Notes: generated by a model not told the origin, from the sequence alone. Positions 35,831-50,474 are shown, numbered from the stretch's first letter. The stretch: 64,000 nucleotides of DNA from Octopus sinensis (GCF_006345805.1 NC_042999.1:148180001-148244000), one strand, 5' to 3'. Numbers and translations are program-made.

Positions 35831-38203
35831 AATTTCAAGACAGCTAACAGAGGTTCAGTTTCATTCAAAAACTGGCTCAAACATTGATTGAATATCGAAT
35901 TTTGCCTCCTGAATAATTCCCTGTGCTATTTCCATTTCTCCATTTCTTTCTGTCATTCCACAGAACTCGGCGGAACAGGTTTCGGTGTGGTACTTGACTT
36001 TAAATATTGGAATAAAATTTCATGTACACATTGTCCTTTTGCATTATGTCTCGGTTCAAATACAGTTGCAAAAGAAAAGAGAAAGATATATTGTATACCA
36101 TCATGATTTTTTGCATATTTTTTCCTGAATACTTGTCCTACTTCCCCTGTAAAGGTAACAGCTCTACAGCTCTACCTTTTTGCGATATCCTTACAGCTAG
36201 GAACTTTTCGGCATCCCCTCGTGTGTATTCGGACGCTGCAAGCTTTGTATAGCCGAGCGAACAAGAAGCCCCAAAGATTCCCTGAAATCTGGGTCACTGG
36301 ACACACGCCAGGAAATTTACATCCCTGCATACATTTCAAAATACTAACTGCTAGAAGCATGATATTTCCCGTTCTCCGACTAGACCCGGAAAGGTCCTTA
36401 CGAACTAAAAGCAGCCAAAAGGGGTAAAAAAAATCACCTGTCCCCATGTACTGGTCAAAGGAATACAACCTGTCCTCACTCCAACTTGCAGTGTTTAATT
36501 TTTGATGACTTACTTACCAACCGACCGTAACGGATTCCTACCACCCAGAGATGAAGATTTACATTTGTTTTCTGTTTTAGCGTATGACGAGCCGTTCGTG
36601 GATCTAAGCCCTTTGTGGATGCGAAAACCGTTGGTCACTTTATGACCGGATATAGACTTGACTACATATAAATATGTGTGTGTATACATGTTTGTGTGTG
36701 TGTGTGGTGTGTGTTTAAGTGATGCGATAATACTTCATCACTTAAAGGGGTCCCCAAATAATGAACAGGTATAGTTGCTTTTTACCAGACGATCACACTG
36801 GCTCACTGTTTCTTTGACGGACCTTCAGTACCTGCTGTCGTAGATTAAGTAAAATCTGTAACTAGTCACTTAGCGCCTGTACTGTTATCAGGCCAAACAC
36901 TCTCTACCAATCGAACAATGCTGTCGGTGAAATTTCCACATAACCGTCCTTTAGAGAATAAGTGGCGGGAAAAGCGACAATCTTCTGGGAGTAATTTTAG
37001 GCGTCAATTAAGAATGAAAGAATCGACTATTTGGTCTGTTCTGGAGAACTTTCGGCCAAGAATTACGAACAACTTTCAGAAATCTTTGACCGGGCAGTGC
37101 TACTAGGTAGCTTTGCTAATTCGAGAAAACTCTGCTGGTGCAAGAATCTTGTTATATGGGTCTTTCCATGTGTGCAGAGTGGCGAAACCGTTCTGTACGC
37201 ATTCTTGCAGTAACCGAACGGTGTTGATTTGTAGTGCATTGCTGAACAGCTACTGCTGCGTGGAGGACGGATTGTGTTATTATCCGTAGTCATCGAGATC
37301 ACTCTTCTACCTTCCTTTCGCTAGGTTGTTTGGGTTAGGTGGACGAGACTCAAAAAACTGAAAACTGTTTAACTTGTAAAGGAAGGTGAGGATGGAGACG
37401 GACGAGTTGTCTCCCAGTAAATAATTTTATTGATGGTGAGAATTGTTAAAATGGTTCGATTGAGGGTCTACTATAAGTATACGCCGAAAAAGAATGAGGG
37501 AGAGACAGATGCTTTCGTATTTGGTCAAGCCCTCATCAATTTCTGCAATGTTCACAAGAAAAAGAAGGAAGGATAATGAAATTAAAATGTGGTTGATAGA
37601 TACGAAAATTTCAAGAGTGGGTAGCACCGTCCAAAATATACACCTCTGTGGGTTTCCTCGATTAAGGTTTTCTACATGGTGCTTCTGGGATAACAGGAAG
37701 ATCGCATTATTATTATCGTTGTTGTTTATCATCATCATCATCAACTTCAGATGTAATAAACAGTTCAGTCTTCGAACTTATCTGCTCAGATATTTCCGTC
37801 AACAGTTATCCAGCCATATTGACTAGAAGAGAGTCAGACACAAGATGCAAGAGACATGTCTTTCCAAAGACTATTATTATATAAGAGAAGGGAACGGGAT
37901 GTCGACTGAATCTACTCGACAATATTAATATCTAAAGAAATATATATCCAGTGCTACAGAAACGTGATAGATTTTAACCCCTTGTTTAGAGAAAAGAAAT
38001 TAAATATAGTTAACTTGTAATCTAAACTGAATTTTGATAATGTAATTCATGTACCTTGAAGAGGTGCGACTTAACGTTGTTTTTCCATTTAATGCTTCTG
38101 TCCGAATCACTAAAATTCAGTTCTCTTCACAGATCTGAATTTTGTAAGCAGGTAACTACTATTAACCTGGGATCTTTCTTTTCTCAGTTTTATAAATGAC
38201 AAT

Positions 38204-38317
38204 AGGATTCAGTCCCACTGCGTGGCATCTTGGGCAAATGTCTTCTGCTATAGCCCCGGGCCTACCAATGCCTTGTGAGTGGATTTGGTAGACGGTAACT
38301 GAAAGAAGCCTGTCGTA

Positions 38318-38365
<48 letters not shown>

Positions 38366-38598
38366 TGTGTGTGTGTGTATGTGTTTGTGTGTCTGTGTTT
38401 GTCCTCCTAGCATTGCTTGACAACCGATGCTGGTGTGTTTACGTCCCCGTCACTTAGCGGTTCGATAAAAGATACCGTTAGAATAAGTACTGGGCTTACA
38501 AAGAATAAGTTCCGGGGTCGATTTGCTCGACTAAAGGCGGTGCTCCAGCATGGCCGCTGTCAAATGACTGAAACTAGTAAAAGAGTAAAAGAGAGAGA
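38204..38598 (+). mobile_element. SINE (family of 3013-3458), 5'-truncated
   Basis: TTCAGTCCCACTGCGTGGCATCTTGGGCAA..., internal (TA)n, GTAAAAGAG tail. Confidence 0.85.
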
Positions 38599-38648
38599 GT
38601 ATACATATATGTTTGTGTTTACATGGTTGTATGATGTGTACATATAGA

Positions 38649-38679
<31 letters not shown>

Positions 38680-38696
38680 GTGTACGTGCGTGCGTT

Positions 38697-38738
<42 letters not shown>

Positions 38739-38765
38739 CGTGCGTGTGTGTGTGTGTGTACGTGC

Positions 38766-38818
<53 letters not shown>

Positions 38819-38844
38819 CGTGTGTGTGTGTGTGGTGTGTGTGC

Positions 38845-38881
<37 letters not shown>

Positions 38882-38945
38882 CGTGCGTGTGTGTGTGGTG
38901 TGTGTGCGTGCGTGCGTGCGTGTGTGTGTGTGTGTGTGTGTGTGC

Positions 38946-39005
<60 letters not shown>
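38649..39005 (+). repeat. (GT)n/(GCGT)n microsatellite
   Basis: Direct inspection. Confidence 0.97.
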
Positions 39006-39007
<2 letters not shown>

Positions 39008-39619
39008 CCATCCAAGATGGAGACGAGCACCAACGTCTTATGAGGCAGGCTTGATAATTGCTGAGTATATTGGAAACCTCGAGAATGTGCAGAAAAAGGT
39101 TAAATGACATCGAAGATAGCCAAGAACACAACTTCCCGCAAGTTCATTATGCGTCCGTGCAAAGCAGTTTGTATGACATATGTTTTGCCATACTTTCTTG
39201 AAGAGTTACCACATGTGCTTGTTTTTAAGAAAGTTGACTTGGTAAACAATTTAATTTAGTTCGTTTGAGAAACGTTAAGTGTGAAAATTGTAGTTGCAAA
39301 ATACTGTCCATTGCTGTGACAATGGTACAAATTATCTGCTGGTAACAGGCCATCTATTACCAGAAAAGTAACAATACTGCTTTACCACAGACTGATCTGT
39401 AGCATTCGTAATGTTTAGCTGGTTCCAAAAGACAGACTGTTGCTGTAGCCCTAGTGCCGGGTGCGAATGGCTCTGTCACTGTTGCAAAAAAAGATGATTA
39501 TTTCTGCAGCGCATATGCTAGTTAGCTAGCAGCAAAAAGACAGCCGTCATTGTATTTATGGTCAGCTGTCTGTATCACTACAACTGCCACAATCACCACC
39601 ACTGCCACCACCAAAACTG

Positions 39620-39800
39620 ATTTTAAATTTTGGTGGAAGGCCAGCAATTTCCAGGGAATCAGTGAGTCTATTGCATCGACCCCAGTGCTTGCCTGGTACT
39701 TATTTTATCGACTCCGAAAGGATGGAAAGCAAAGTCGGCCTCGGCGGAATTTGAACTCAGAACATGAAGACAGACGAAATACCGCTAAGCATTCTTCCCG
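39620..39800 (-). mobile_element. SINE (family of 53884-54095)
   Basis: TTTATCGAC.CCGAAAGGATG.AA.GCAAAGTCG.CCTCGGCGGAATTTGAACTCA core shared with 56195-56424. Confidence 0.75.
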
Positions 39801-40820
39801 GTCGCCTCCCTCCCACCACCATAAAATATAACGACTTAATAAGCCTGTCAATATAAACTTAGCGGTAAACGCTAGTTGATTGTTATGCAGCGGTTTCTGC
39901 CGTTGCCACGAACCGCTGACTTTCTCATCAGATATTATTGGATGATATGGTAGACACCAGTTTATACTAGTAGCACGTCAGTACTATAAAGCAGCACTTT
40001 CTATATAATCTACACCCTCGAATGAATTCGTGGGTATGCATAAGTAGTTTTCTCTTTATCGTGGGTACGATGTGGTCCTCTCTTTGTTATGGAAAGTTTG
40101 CTACACTCCTTAAAATTGCAATTTCTGACCATAATCAACTGTGCAGAGAAGAATGCATCCTGTTATTTTGAGTCGTTCAGACTGCCTTACATCAAAGCAA
40201 AATCTTCTTTAGTAACCCAATGACTAATTCTAAGCACTGTTGAAGTTAATTCAGCCGTTCTAACATCAATGTGGGTTTTACATCACGACACAAATATGAA
40301 ACCAGTTGCATAAATGTTCTCATAGATGGGTGGGATTTGGAATAATAGCAAGTTGAATTAATTTCTTTTACACATTGTTGTTACAAAAAAAGAATTTTAA
40401 TCTGCAACAAAAAGTTTTTTTATAATGTGAATTTCTCTTATAAGTTAGAAATTCCTTCACGACAAAAGATAGCAGAACTACAACTTAACGTATTAATCAA
40501 ATTCTGTTTATTCAGCTCATAACATTTCACTAGATTATATGTCACACATATATAGGCAAATACATGTGACACACGTGTGGCTAAAATTCATGTGAAATAT
40601 ATACCTAATTCCAATGAATACAAAGACAAAATTTTCTGAACGAACTATAATACACACGGCTTGCAATGACATTTTTCTGCCCAACTGTATGTATGAAATT
40701 GATAAGTGCAGTGAGAATAACGCTCTTGATTTTAAGGATCAGATACTTATTTTTATTGAAAGTCAGTATTTCAATACTTCAGGACCCTACTAGGCTGAAG
40801 CTGAAAATTTAGCATGTGTG

Positions 40821-40858
<38 letters not shown>

Positions 40859-41187
40859 CGTGCGTGTGTGTGTGTATGTGTATGTGTGCGTGTGTGTGTG
40901 TGTGTGTGCGTGTGTGTGTGTATGTGTGTGTTTGTTTGCTTAATTAACGATCTTAATCAAAGCCTTGCAACATCGTAATACAATTCTTTCGTGATATATT
41001 TTCAATATAAGGAGAGGAAAGTTGTTTATTAATTTTTATTCAGATAAATGAATAATCAACAACAAAGAGACACCACAAATATTATATGCAACTTTAATTT
41101 AAGTCTGTAATTTCTCTGTCAAACATTAGGAATTGCAGCTTCTTTTCCTTACATTCCTATATAGGAAATAAATTGCTCTAAGAAATA

Positions 41188-42405
41188 TTATGTCATCAAG
41201 TATGAAATTTGTAGTAAAGTGTATCATAAACTTTGACTGCTGCTCGTTTTGCGCCATTATTATATTTTGACAATCTTTATTTTTCGTTAGAAAGCTGACA
41301 TCTGTTTCTTTATTCTAACTCATTTTGCGCTTTATAAAGTATTTATAAATCGTTTTTTTTTTGCTATTTTTGTTTAGAGATGGATACAGTTCTTTCTTGG
41401 AAATACAGCATCACAGACAGCTCGGAATATTAATGGAGTATTTCACTCTAATGTTATTACACAGCAGACAGTATCAAATTGGTTTTCAAAATTTCGTTCT
41501 GGTAACTTTGACCTCACAAATGAGCAACGCGGTCAACCAGAAACAAAGGTGGATAATGACGAACTGAAAGCCACCGTCGAGTCAGATCCATGTCGATGTG
41601 CTCGTGAATTATCGTTGTTGTTTGGTGTTAGCAGGCAAATAATATTGACTCACTTAGTTCATATCGGTAAAGTGAAAAGTTGGATAAGTAGGTTCCACAT
41701 AAACTTAATGAAAATCAGAAACAGTAACTTTGGAAGCCTGCATTATGCTACGTTCTCGTCACAAAAATTAATTACTTTTGAATCGAATTGTAACATGTTA
41801 TGAGAAACGGATCCAATACAACAACCGAAAATGTTCAGTACAATGGTTGGACAAAGGCGAGTCACCAAAACACAGTCCAAAAAGCAAAATTCATCAGAAG
41901 AAACTGCTGGTGTGTGTGTTTGGTGGTCTGGCGCAGGTGCGATCCATTATGATTTAATAAAACCTGACTCATCAATCACAGCCGAAGTATACTGCAGCCA
42001 ACTTACAAAAAAACAGCCTAGATGAGTTAACAGATCCACAAGACAACGCCAGACCACACATCGCAAAAATGACATTGGTGAAACTACAGGAGTTGGAGTT
42101 GGAAATTCTCCATCATCTTGCATACTCACCTGATCTTGCCCCACTGACTACCACTTCTTCCAGAATTTGGATAACTTTTTGATAGGAAAACATGTAATTC
42201 CGACGATGCTGTAAAACAGGCCTTTCAAGATTGAGTCTAGATTGCCAGGCTTTTACAGTTCCAGACTAGACAAGCTACCGCTGAAGTGGCAAAAGATATA
42301 TTGACCATACGGGTGCATACTTTGATGAATAAAACTATTCCTTGTATTTATAAAACATAAGCAAACTTTTTTTCTGTTCTACAAATTTCATACTTGAAGA
42401 CCTAA
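41188..42405 (+). mobile_element. Decayed mariner (DD34D-type) transposon
   Basis: TIRs TTA(T/G)GTC(A/T)TCAAGTATGAAATTTGTAG with TA flanks; remnants of (W)VPHKL, TCYEKRIQYNN, QDNARPH, YSPDLAPTDYHFF. Confidence 0.88.
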
Positions 42406-42549
42406 TAGTTATGTCGTTTTAATATCATGCTACATACTGATCCATTTGGTGATAAACTGTAAATTCAACTTTAGCCAATTATGAAAATTACAACAAAACC
42501 GAGGAGAATGAAGTCAAATATATAATTGAACTGTATTATGTTTTTAGAT

Positions 42550-42755
42550 AAATGGTTAGTGGATTGGTAGAATCGTTAACGCGTCAGATAAAAATGCCAT
42601 GTTATTTCTTCCGGGTTCAAAAGCCACCGAGATCAACTTTGCTGTTCATCCCTTTCATAGTCGGTAAAAGCAAGAGTCAAAATTACTTTAGCCGTTGGTA
42701 TCGACTATCTCTTCCTTTGAAAGTTGCTGACCTTTGTCTAAATTAGAAACGATTA
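42550..42755 (+). mobile_element. Diverged SINE (family of 53884-54095)
   Basis: GTAGAATCGTTA.C.CG...AAAATGC...GGTTCAAA..CCACCGAG.TCAACTTTGC..TTCATCCTTTC...AGAAACGATTAT. Confidence 0.6.
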
Positions 42756-43240
42756 TGTATCAAGATAAAATGGTTTTTAAAATTTCATGTATTGAAATGC
42801 GTCTATATATTTCATAGCAATCAGTCTACTTCTGAACTGCATATTGTTTATCATTCTTAGTTGTATTGCTTAAGTCTTGATATTGCAGCTAACGAAATAG
42901 GTATGTTCGTATGTTAAAGATGAAATAATTCAAAAATATTTGTGAAAAATGCTCCCTTTGGTAAAGAAAGAGAAGTGTCTAGCTTTTGCTTCGATTCTTG
43001 TTTGCAGGAATTTTATAACACAAAGATTCATAAGGAAAATATAACTAACATGCAGTCATATTAAATAATGAATATATTGAATTGATTCGCATTGACCATA
43101 GTACATTGGATTGTTGGACACATCACTGAAGACTTCTTTTATGCTTAGTTACCTAGTCTAATGAATTATTATTATGATAATCTAAATTATTTCGATTATT
43201 CACTTACTTTTTGCATGTTTGTGTTAAATGCCGCATATTG

Positions 43241-43275
<35 letters not shown>

Positions 43276-43279
43276 ATAT

Positions 43280-43313
<34 letters not shown>

Positions 43314-43603
43314 GTAATACCTCGAGTGTGAATCCACAAATTTTATTTCCAACTGCCGAGGTTCCGTATTATATTACGTATCTAAAGTATATCAGCTTTC
43401 AAAGCTGATAAGCTGTACTTCAAGATATATCTTTTGGAGGATTTGAATCCAGTAATGAGTGAGCTATTAAACCACTCGTCAATTACGATCTTACTGTCTA
43501 TAATCCAAAAACATCCCCTACTATTTTGGCACTATAATAAGTACAAACATTGTCACGTGTCAATCAAAAAGTATATTTTTTTTGTTTCAACTAAATAAAT
43601 TCA

Positions 43604-44709
43604 TTATAGATTATCAATTCTCTCTGGTTCTAGATTGTAATCAAAAAGTTTGAAATCTAAATAGTACATGTTTTGAATTTTTTTGAGAATCTCAAACGTT
43701 ATGTTTTGATAAGCTTTTACGAAATACATTTTCCGTTGATCTTTCCATTCTTTTCGACTTGTTAACGGATTATTGTTATATATCTTGATATATACAGATA
43801 TAACAGATTCAGGATCTGAAATTCTCGCATCTGAAAAATCTTCAATATTGAAGACAGCTTCTCTATGAATATAGCCTTGAATTTGGAAAGCCGAAAATAA
43901 CCTCGAAAATAAAATTATATCCTTGTAGCAAACTTTGGGCGACTTGTTTCTAAAATGCAGAATTGAAGTCGCAGCTAGATCTCGGATGGCATGAATGGTA
44001 TAGTCTTTGTGGGATAGATTATTGTATTTTAAAATATTATCTCTTTTTATACCGATTTGTTGAATGAAATTGTCTCTATCTTTTGCAAAAGATTCTAGCT
44101 TTATAATAAAATTATACTTTATATCACAAGGATTGCATAACACAGTGATCGGATTCCAGTGTCGGTTGGAATTATCATTGCGTTTGGCGGTTACAAATTG
44201 GAGAAATTCATGGAATTGGACATCGTTACCACATTTTAGAGAATATGAGCTCGCTCTGTCTCTATAATCTTTTATTATAAGTCGTCCATATCTTTGCCAG
44301 TTCTCAGACAGAAATATTTTATCAACATATGCAGAAAAGAGGCGAGTGAAAGGGTTTCGAGTGACAATAAGCTTATTTTTTATGTTATTAAATTTCGAAG
44401 TTTGTGAAACATTCACCAGGTGCATGCGATGTACTTTAAAACGAATTTGATCAAAAGCATTTATTCTGCTTGTCGTGTCTCCTAGAGCACTGAAAAATCG
44501 CATCCAATATGAGGAAGCTACTTTAGGAACTTTGCAGTAACTCAAATTCAATGGGTGATACATAAACAAGGGTCGTACATATTTTACATCCTCGAAATAA
44601 TATTTCTTGCATGTTTCTTCCAATAATTTATTTCTTTGTTGAAATTCCGAACCAAATAAATTCTCTGAATTCGACAGAATCATCACATCCCAACGGACAA
44701 GAATGTTAC
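43604..44709 (-). CDS. Carbohydrate sulfotransferase (Sulfotransfer_2 / HNK-1ST-CHST8-14 family), large 3' coding exon
   Basis: 5'-PSB YCKVPKVASSYW, 3'-PB RNPFTRLFSAYVDK, HWNP...CNPC, IIKLESF, YYLDFKLFDY; uninterrupted frame; acceptor tttgatttttcag| at 44710-44711. Confidence 0.93.
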
Positions 44710-46084
44710 CTGAAAAATCAAATAATTTGTATTTTAGTAATTATTAACTAGATTCCATTGCGATTAAATAATTTAAATTCGAGTTCTAATTTAGAAACGA
44801 ATTCCTCAATTCTAATTACTTATTCTTCTACAGCAGTCACGTAAATTAATAATGATATTTACAGAACAATTACACGAGTCATGTTATAAAAGTACTTGCG
44901 AAAAGTCCTGACATTAATGCCTTCGCTTTGAATGATAGAATTGAAATTATTACATATAGTGCAGTAACAACTTACATTCGTTACATAGAATTTTGGACTA
45001 GATAATTAGCATAATTACAAAGTGAGTTACAGAAAATATAAACAAATAGGCATGAATGTCGATAATTTAAGTATGTGGAGATGTACAAAATGGTGTAAAG
45101 AAAAAATTGTTAATGAATTTTAAATTCAAATCTAGAGAAGAGACAAAAAAACAAGTGGCAAACGTTATCAACTCTCTAAGCGAAGAAGAGAAACTATTTT
45201 ACGCAAATTCGTATTTTTATGCTCAGGGTTCAATTCAAATGTGTTAGCAAAGAGGCAATCGTAGAAACTGGATTAACTATTCAAGCTTGCTTCGATATGT
45301 TGATAAATGTGTTTACAAGTTGAACAAGAGTTAGTGATTTTGGTACTGAATACTTTGCAGAATCACCAAAACAGTGAGCTGGATAAAATTGTTCACATAT
45401 ACCAATTAGGATAATTACATTACAATGTCTACTGTGACACGAAGGCAGTACTGTGAATGGGTTAATATTGTAGGTCTTCAGTGACCGTTTGCTAGTCTCT
45501 CTAGCATTAGATTATAATCACAGGAAGGATAACGATACCAATAATTTTAAATATGGAAGAATAAACATGATGCAGTTTTTAGCTTAAAATAAATAGACCC
45601 GGCAGAATAGTTTACTACCGTCAAATACAAAGAAAGCTCTATGGCAGACAAGGATTTTATAGAATAAAAGGAAAGCTTAATCTAAGGAAAATCTGTATAC
45701 GTACCATAATCAATAGTACGTGCGTGTATGTTTCGATATGTTGGGCGAATTTGTGGAATGCTTTTTGAGAGATTTCTCAACAATGATTTATTTACAGAAA
45801 ACTCATATACACACACACCACACATGGTTGAAAAAAGAAAAGTTGAAAATATATATATATATATATATATATAAAAGTTCAAATAAAGGTTACAAACCTC
45901 AATAAGTGATGATAAAATCCAATGAAAATACTGGTTAGTTACCTATTTAAAAAGTGTTGACTATTACAATTAATATTCAACTCTAATGTAACTAGATAAA
46001 CCGTGGTTTATATATATTTTAAGAAGATAAGAAAATAGAGTGATAATTAATAATTATATATTAATAAAAAAAATTAGACATTAT

Positions 46085-46166
46085 CTCTGACAGCTGTTTC
46101 GATTCCAGACCTTTAGAAATTAATTACCAGAATTAAAATAATCTAAAAGTCGAATCTCATCAGAGT
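46085..46166 (-). ncRNA. Intronic hammerhead-like motif with intact core and long stem II
   Basis: Minus: ct-CTGATGA-GATTC gacttttaga...tctaaaggtc tg GAATC-GAAAC-agct-GTC-ag. Confidence 0.72.
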
Positions 46167-46789
46167 TGGCAGCCAGGGTTGAGAGGTATGGGAATAAAAA
46201 TACAAGCATTAAGGAATGGAGTAGATAAAATCCATAGTACATATGTTTCATAGCGCGCGTAACCTAGGAAGTGGTAAATATCCAAGCGAGGTGTACATTG
46301 CTGTTAGGTGACACATGTTAACACACGGAAGATTCATTCAGAATGCGTAGAGAGCACAGTTTCAGAGGAGAATATGATTGTAAAGAGAAATTAGGAGTAT
46401 AAGCTAAAAAGATTATGAGAATGAAAAACATATTTAAGGGAGTGGGAGAGTTTCAAGTAAAAAAATTTAACCAAGATCATTTCATAGGTGGTTTTCAATA
46501 GCGCCATTTTGGCCGAGTCTCAGAGAGACAGGAATGGGGAGTGGTATTAGAATGGGATAGTTTGGAGGGAAGTGAGGGAGTATTTGTGGTCGAGAGGAAG
46601 AAAAACCTGTGCTTGAAGTGATGGTATAATAGTAAAACTGAAAGTCAAGAGGAAGAATGGAAGTAAATACTAAAGTCTAAGAAATAAGGAATGCGCGTGT
46701 GTACTGTATGAACTAGTGGGTGTGTCTGTAGACGTATGATGTACTTGTAAGTTTACAAATGGGGTGGGGTTTGTGTGGAGGAAGGCAAA

Positions 46790-46897
<108 letters not shown>

Positions 46898-47109
46898 GGT
46901 CTTTTTCTAAGGTGGTTGAAATTTCATTGTATTTTTGGTCAGCTGTCATGTTACCTAGCTGTAGAAAAATTCTATCAAATTGTTTTTGGAAAGTTTCAAC
47001 TGTGCGTGTGTTCCTATCTTTTTCTTTTCTCTAAACAAGCCTCTAAAACTTCAAACTCACACACATACACACACACACTTACAGACATATGCATACACAC
47101 ATATATACA

Positions 47110-47432
47110 CTGCCGCTCCGTCGCTTACAGCGACGAGGGTTTCAATTGATCCGATCAACAGAACAGCCTGCTCGTGAAATTAACATGCAAGTGGCTGAGC
47201 ACTCCACAGTACGTGTACCTTTAACGTAGTTCTCAGAGAGGTTCAGCGTGAAAGAATGTGACTAGGCTGGCCCTTTGAATCACAGGTACAACTCATTTTT
47301 GCCAACTGAGTGGACTGGAGCAACGTGAAATAAAGTGTCTTGCTCAAGGACACAATGCATCGTCGGGAATCGAACTCACGACCTTACGATCGTGAGCCGC
47401 ATATCCCTAACCACTAAGCCACGCGCCTTCAC
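47110..47432 (-). mobile_element. tRNA-derived SINE with CORE-like central domain
   Basis: Minus head GAAGGCGCGTGGCTTAGTGGTTAGGG...GTGAGTTCGATTCCC, then CCTTGAGCAAGACACTTTATTTCACGTTGCTCCAGTCCACTCAG.TGGCAAAAATGAG. Confidence 0.85.
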
Positions 47433-47897
47433 ACATATATACACAGAATAACTATATCGATTAGTATTTAATGTCTATGACAACTAGAAGTTGTCACTCA
47501 CGCTGTAAATTCGTCCGTTGGGAAATTCCATGTTCGCTTCATTGGCTTGTAATATTATCTGGGTTGTATATAAGCAGTGATCATAACGGTAGAGAATATG
47601 GAGACTTGTACATTCTCAACATTTACTTCCTTTTATTTCCTTTTATTTTACAGTGTCATACAGCATATTTCTATGGTTACGACGACCTACACGTGTTTCC
47701 ACTGCACAGAATATGAGCTTTTGCATAGGCTACCAGGCATAATTTTCTGTGCAGCTTCGTTCAGACTCTTTCAACATGATTAGGTCGTGTAACCTTAAAA
47801 ATATACTGTATGACATTGTAAAATAAAATGGAATAAATTTTGATGGTGTACCACTCTCCATATTCTCTATCGTTTTATATATATAAATACATATATA

Positions 47898-47979
<82 letters not shown>

Positions 47980-47989
47980 CGACAGACAC

Positions 47990-48390
47990 AGGCGTGGTTG
48001 TGTGGTAAGAAGCTTGCTAACCAACCACATAGTTGCGGATACAGTCTCATTGCGTGGCACCTTGGGCAAGTGTCTTCTACTATAGCCTTGGACCGACCAA
48101 GGCCTTGTGAGTAGATTTGGTAGACGAAAACTGAAAGAAGTTCGTCGTATATATACATTTGTATATATTTATGTGCGTCTTTGTGTCTATGTTTGACCCC
48201 ACCCCCCATCTGCCCACCCAGCGTCGCTTGACAACCAATGTTGGTGTGTTTACGTCCACGTAACTTTGCGATTCAGCAAAAGAGACCGATATAATGAGTT
48301 CTAGGCTTACAAAGAATAAGTCCTGGAGTCTATTTCTTCACAGTCAAATGAATATAAGAGTAAAATGAATAAAATAGTAAAAGAATAAAA
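47990..48390 (+). mobile_element. SINE (family of 3013-3458)
   Basis: GTGTGGTAAGAAGCTTGCT.ACCAACCACAT...CTTGGGCAAGTGTCTTCT...GAAAGAAG. Confidence 0.85.
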
Positions 48391-48439
48391 GGTGTGTGTG
48401 TGTATGTGTATGTATGTGTGTGTGCGTGTGTGTGTGTGT

Positions 48440-48471
<32 letters not shown>

Positions 48472-48489
48472 TGTGTGTGTGTGTGTGTG

Positions 48490-48738
48490 TGGAGGCGCGT
48501 AGCTTAGTGGTTAGGGTATCAGCACCATGATCGTAAGATTGTGGTTTCGATTCCTGGACCGGCCGACGCGTTGTGTTCTTGAGCAAAACACTTCACTTCA
48601 CGTTGCTCCAGTCCAATCAGCTGGCAAAAATGAGTAACGCTGCGATGGACTGGCGTCCCGTCTAGCTGGGGAATACATACGCCATAGAAACCGGGAAACC
48701 GGGCCCATGAGCCTTGCTAGCCTTTAAAAGGGCGCATT

Positions 48739-48740
<2 letters not shown>
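48490..48740 (+). mobile_element. tRNA-derived SINE with the same CORE-like domain as 47110-47432 but a different 3' tail
   Basis: GGAGGCGCGTAGCTTAGTGGTTAGGG...GGTTTCGATTCC; CTTGAGCAAAACACTTCACTTCACGTTGCTCCAGTCCA. Confidence 0.85.
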
Positions 48741-48810
<70 letters not shown>

Positions 48811-49289
48811 CTGTTCTTCTTGTTTGTTCTTGTTTTTGTTGGTTTATGACGAAACGATTTCAAATTTAGACTTATAGTTGCTGGCCAAAAATGTGAATCT
48901 CATCTCTTGCGTAATTCTTTTAGATATATTAGAACCATTTCTTAAACTTTATAAGAAACAATCTAGACAGGTTGAATCGGATTCCAAAAACATCAATAAT
49001 AATGCAGTTATTGTACCTTTGGTGTAGTGAATTAATATGCAAATATCCCTCAAGACGATGGAACAGAGGCAACAAAATTCTAAAATTCTAAAATAATAAC
49101 TCAGTTTTGATGTTATTTGTTACCGTCAAAATCTCAGAACTGCAATGTGGCAGCATTGTATATTGTGCCGGTCAAAGCAAATTTAGTCCTTGAACATTGG
49201 AAATTGTAATATAGTATGAATCGCTACAAAAATACCGGAACTCTTTCTATCAATTCATACAAATGAGATTTCGAAAAGATTTCTAACGA

Positions 49290-50290
49290 TTGCTAATAAT
49301 CTTAGGATTCTTGAAGAACACAGGATGGGATTTTCCTGCAAGTCGACAATACGTGTCTCAATTCAAATATCGTTGAGCCTCTTGCGTAACAGTTTACTGT
49401 TGTGTCAACTGCACCAATTACTACAGGAACAATTGTTACCATTTGTGTCGTACGATCTTTTCATTTCCCTTGCTAAATCCTGTTATTTCTCAGTTTCCTC
49501 AATGTCTTTGATATTCACTCACTATACGACGTTGCAAAATCTACGATCTTACATTGTTTCTTTTTTATCTTATTGTGCATCTGCGACTATATCTGATAAC
49601 TTTGCTTCAATGGAATGATTAGTCTTTATCATTCTCACGGCCTTCTGGTTTGTGTTCCCACTACTTTTTTGTCACATCATATCCACAGACTTTGCTAACG
49701 CCCCAGTTCTTTTACAAGCACAATCATACCTGTATTTATATTCATTTTCTGTTACCTTACTCTTTTCACTTCCCCGGTGGTTATTAATATCTCTTTTTTT
49801 TTCTACAGATTCTGCATTATATCATTCACTGAATTTGATCAATCTTTGTCTTTATTAATTACCTTTAAATGGCGTTTCCGCTAGGGGCTCTAATTTGCGG
49901 TTGTATATCTAGTTTCCAGTTTCCATCAGTCAGCCACAATCAGCATTCTTTACTTCCAAAGTCTTCGCTTTGTTGAATGAATTAACCATATACTTTCGTC
50001 TCTTTTCGGCTAGTTGCCTTGTCGTTCTTTCTATTCTAAAATTATCTCAGTTTCAGTGACTATATGTATGTTGCTGACCACAGACAATATTCTTTCGTCA
50101 CCACCCACAGTATAGGTTTTTGAAACCAATTTTGCAATACCGGTGATGTCTTCTACATTCAACAACCTCTTCCCCTTTTCTCTGTAAGTAGTGCCTGTCG
50201 ATATTACCTGAGAAGCTTTTTAGTTTTTCTATGTAATTCCTGTAGCTCTGACTACTTCCATTTCAGAAAAGGAGAGTACCTCAAGAATAA
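49290..50290 (-). mobile_element. Very decayed RLE-type LINE 3' region
   Basis: Minus-strand remnants such as VPVVIGAVDT and EKI.RHK; boundaries approximate. Confidence 0.45.
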
Positions 50291-50436
50291 TATGGCCTAT
50301 TTAAAGCTTGCTTTGATAACATTCTCTCTTCCATCAATATAGTTTTCTTTCGAGTAACTGCCCTCTCCTCCTCATTATTATTATTATTATTATTTTTCTT
50401 TCTTTCTTCAAATTTTCTTCCGTTTCTCGCCGAGTG

Positions 50437-50474
<38 letters not shown>

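Noticed and set aside
44684-44686. Start codon of the 360-aa ORF as given in the track
   Set aside because: It is a GTG inside an exon; the frame stays open to a splice acceptor at 44710 and the signal anchor is on an upstream exon
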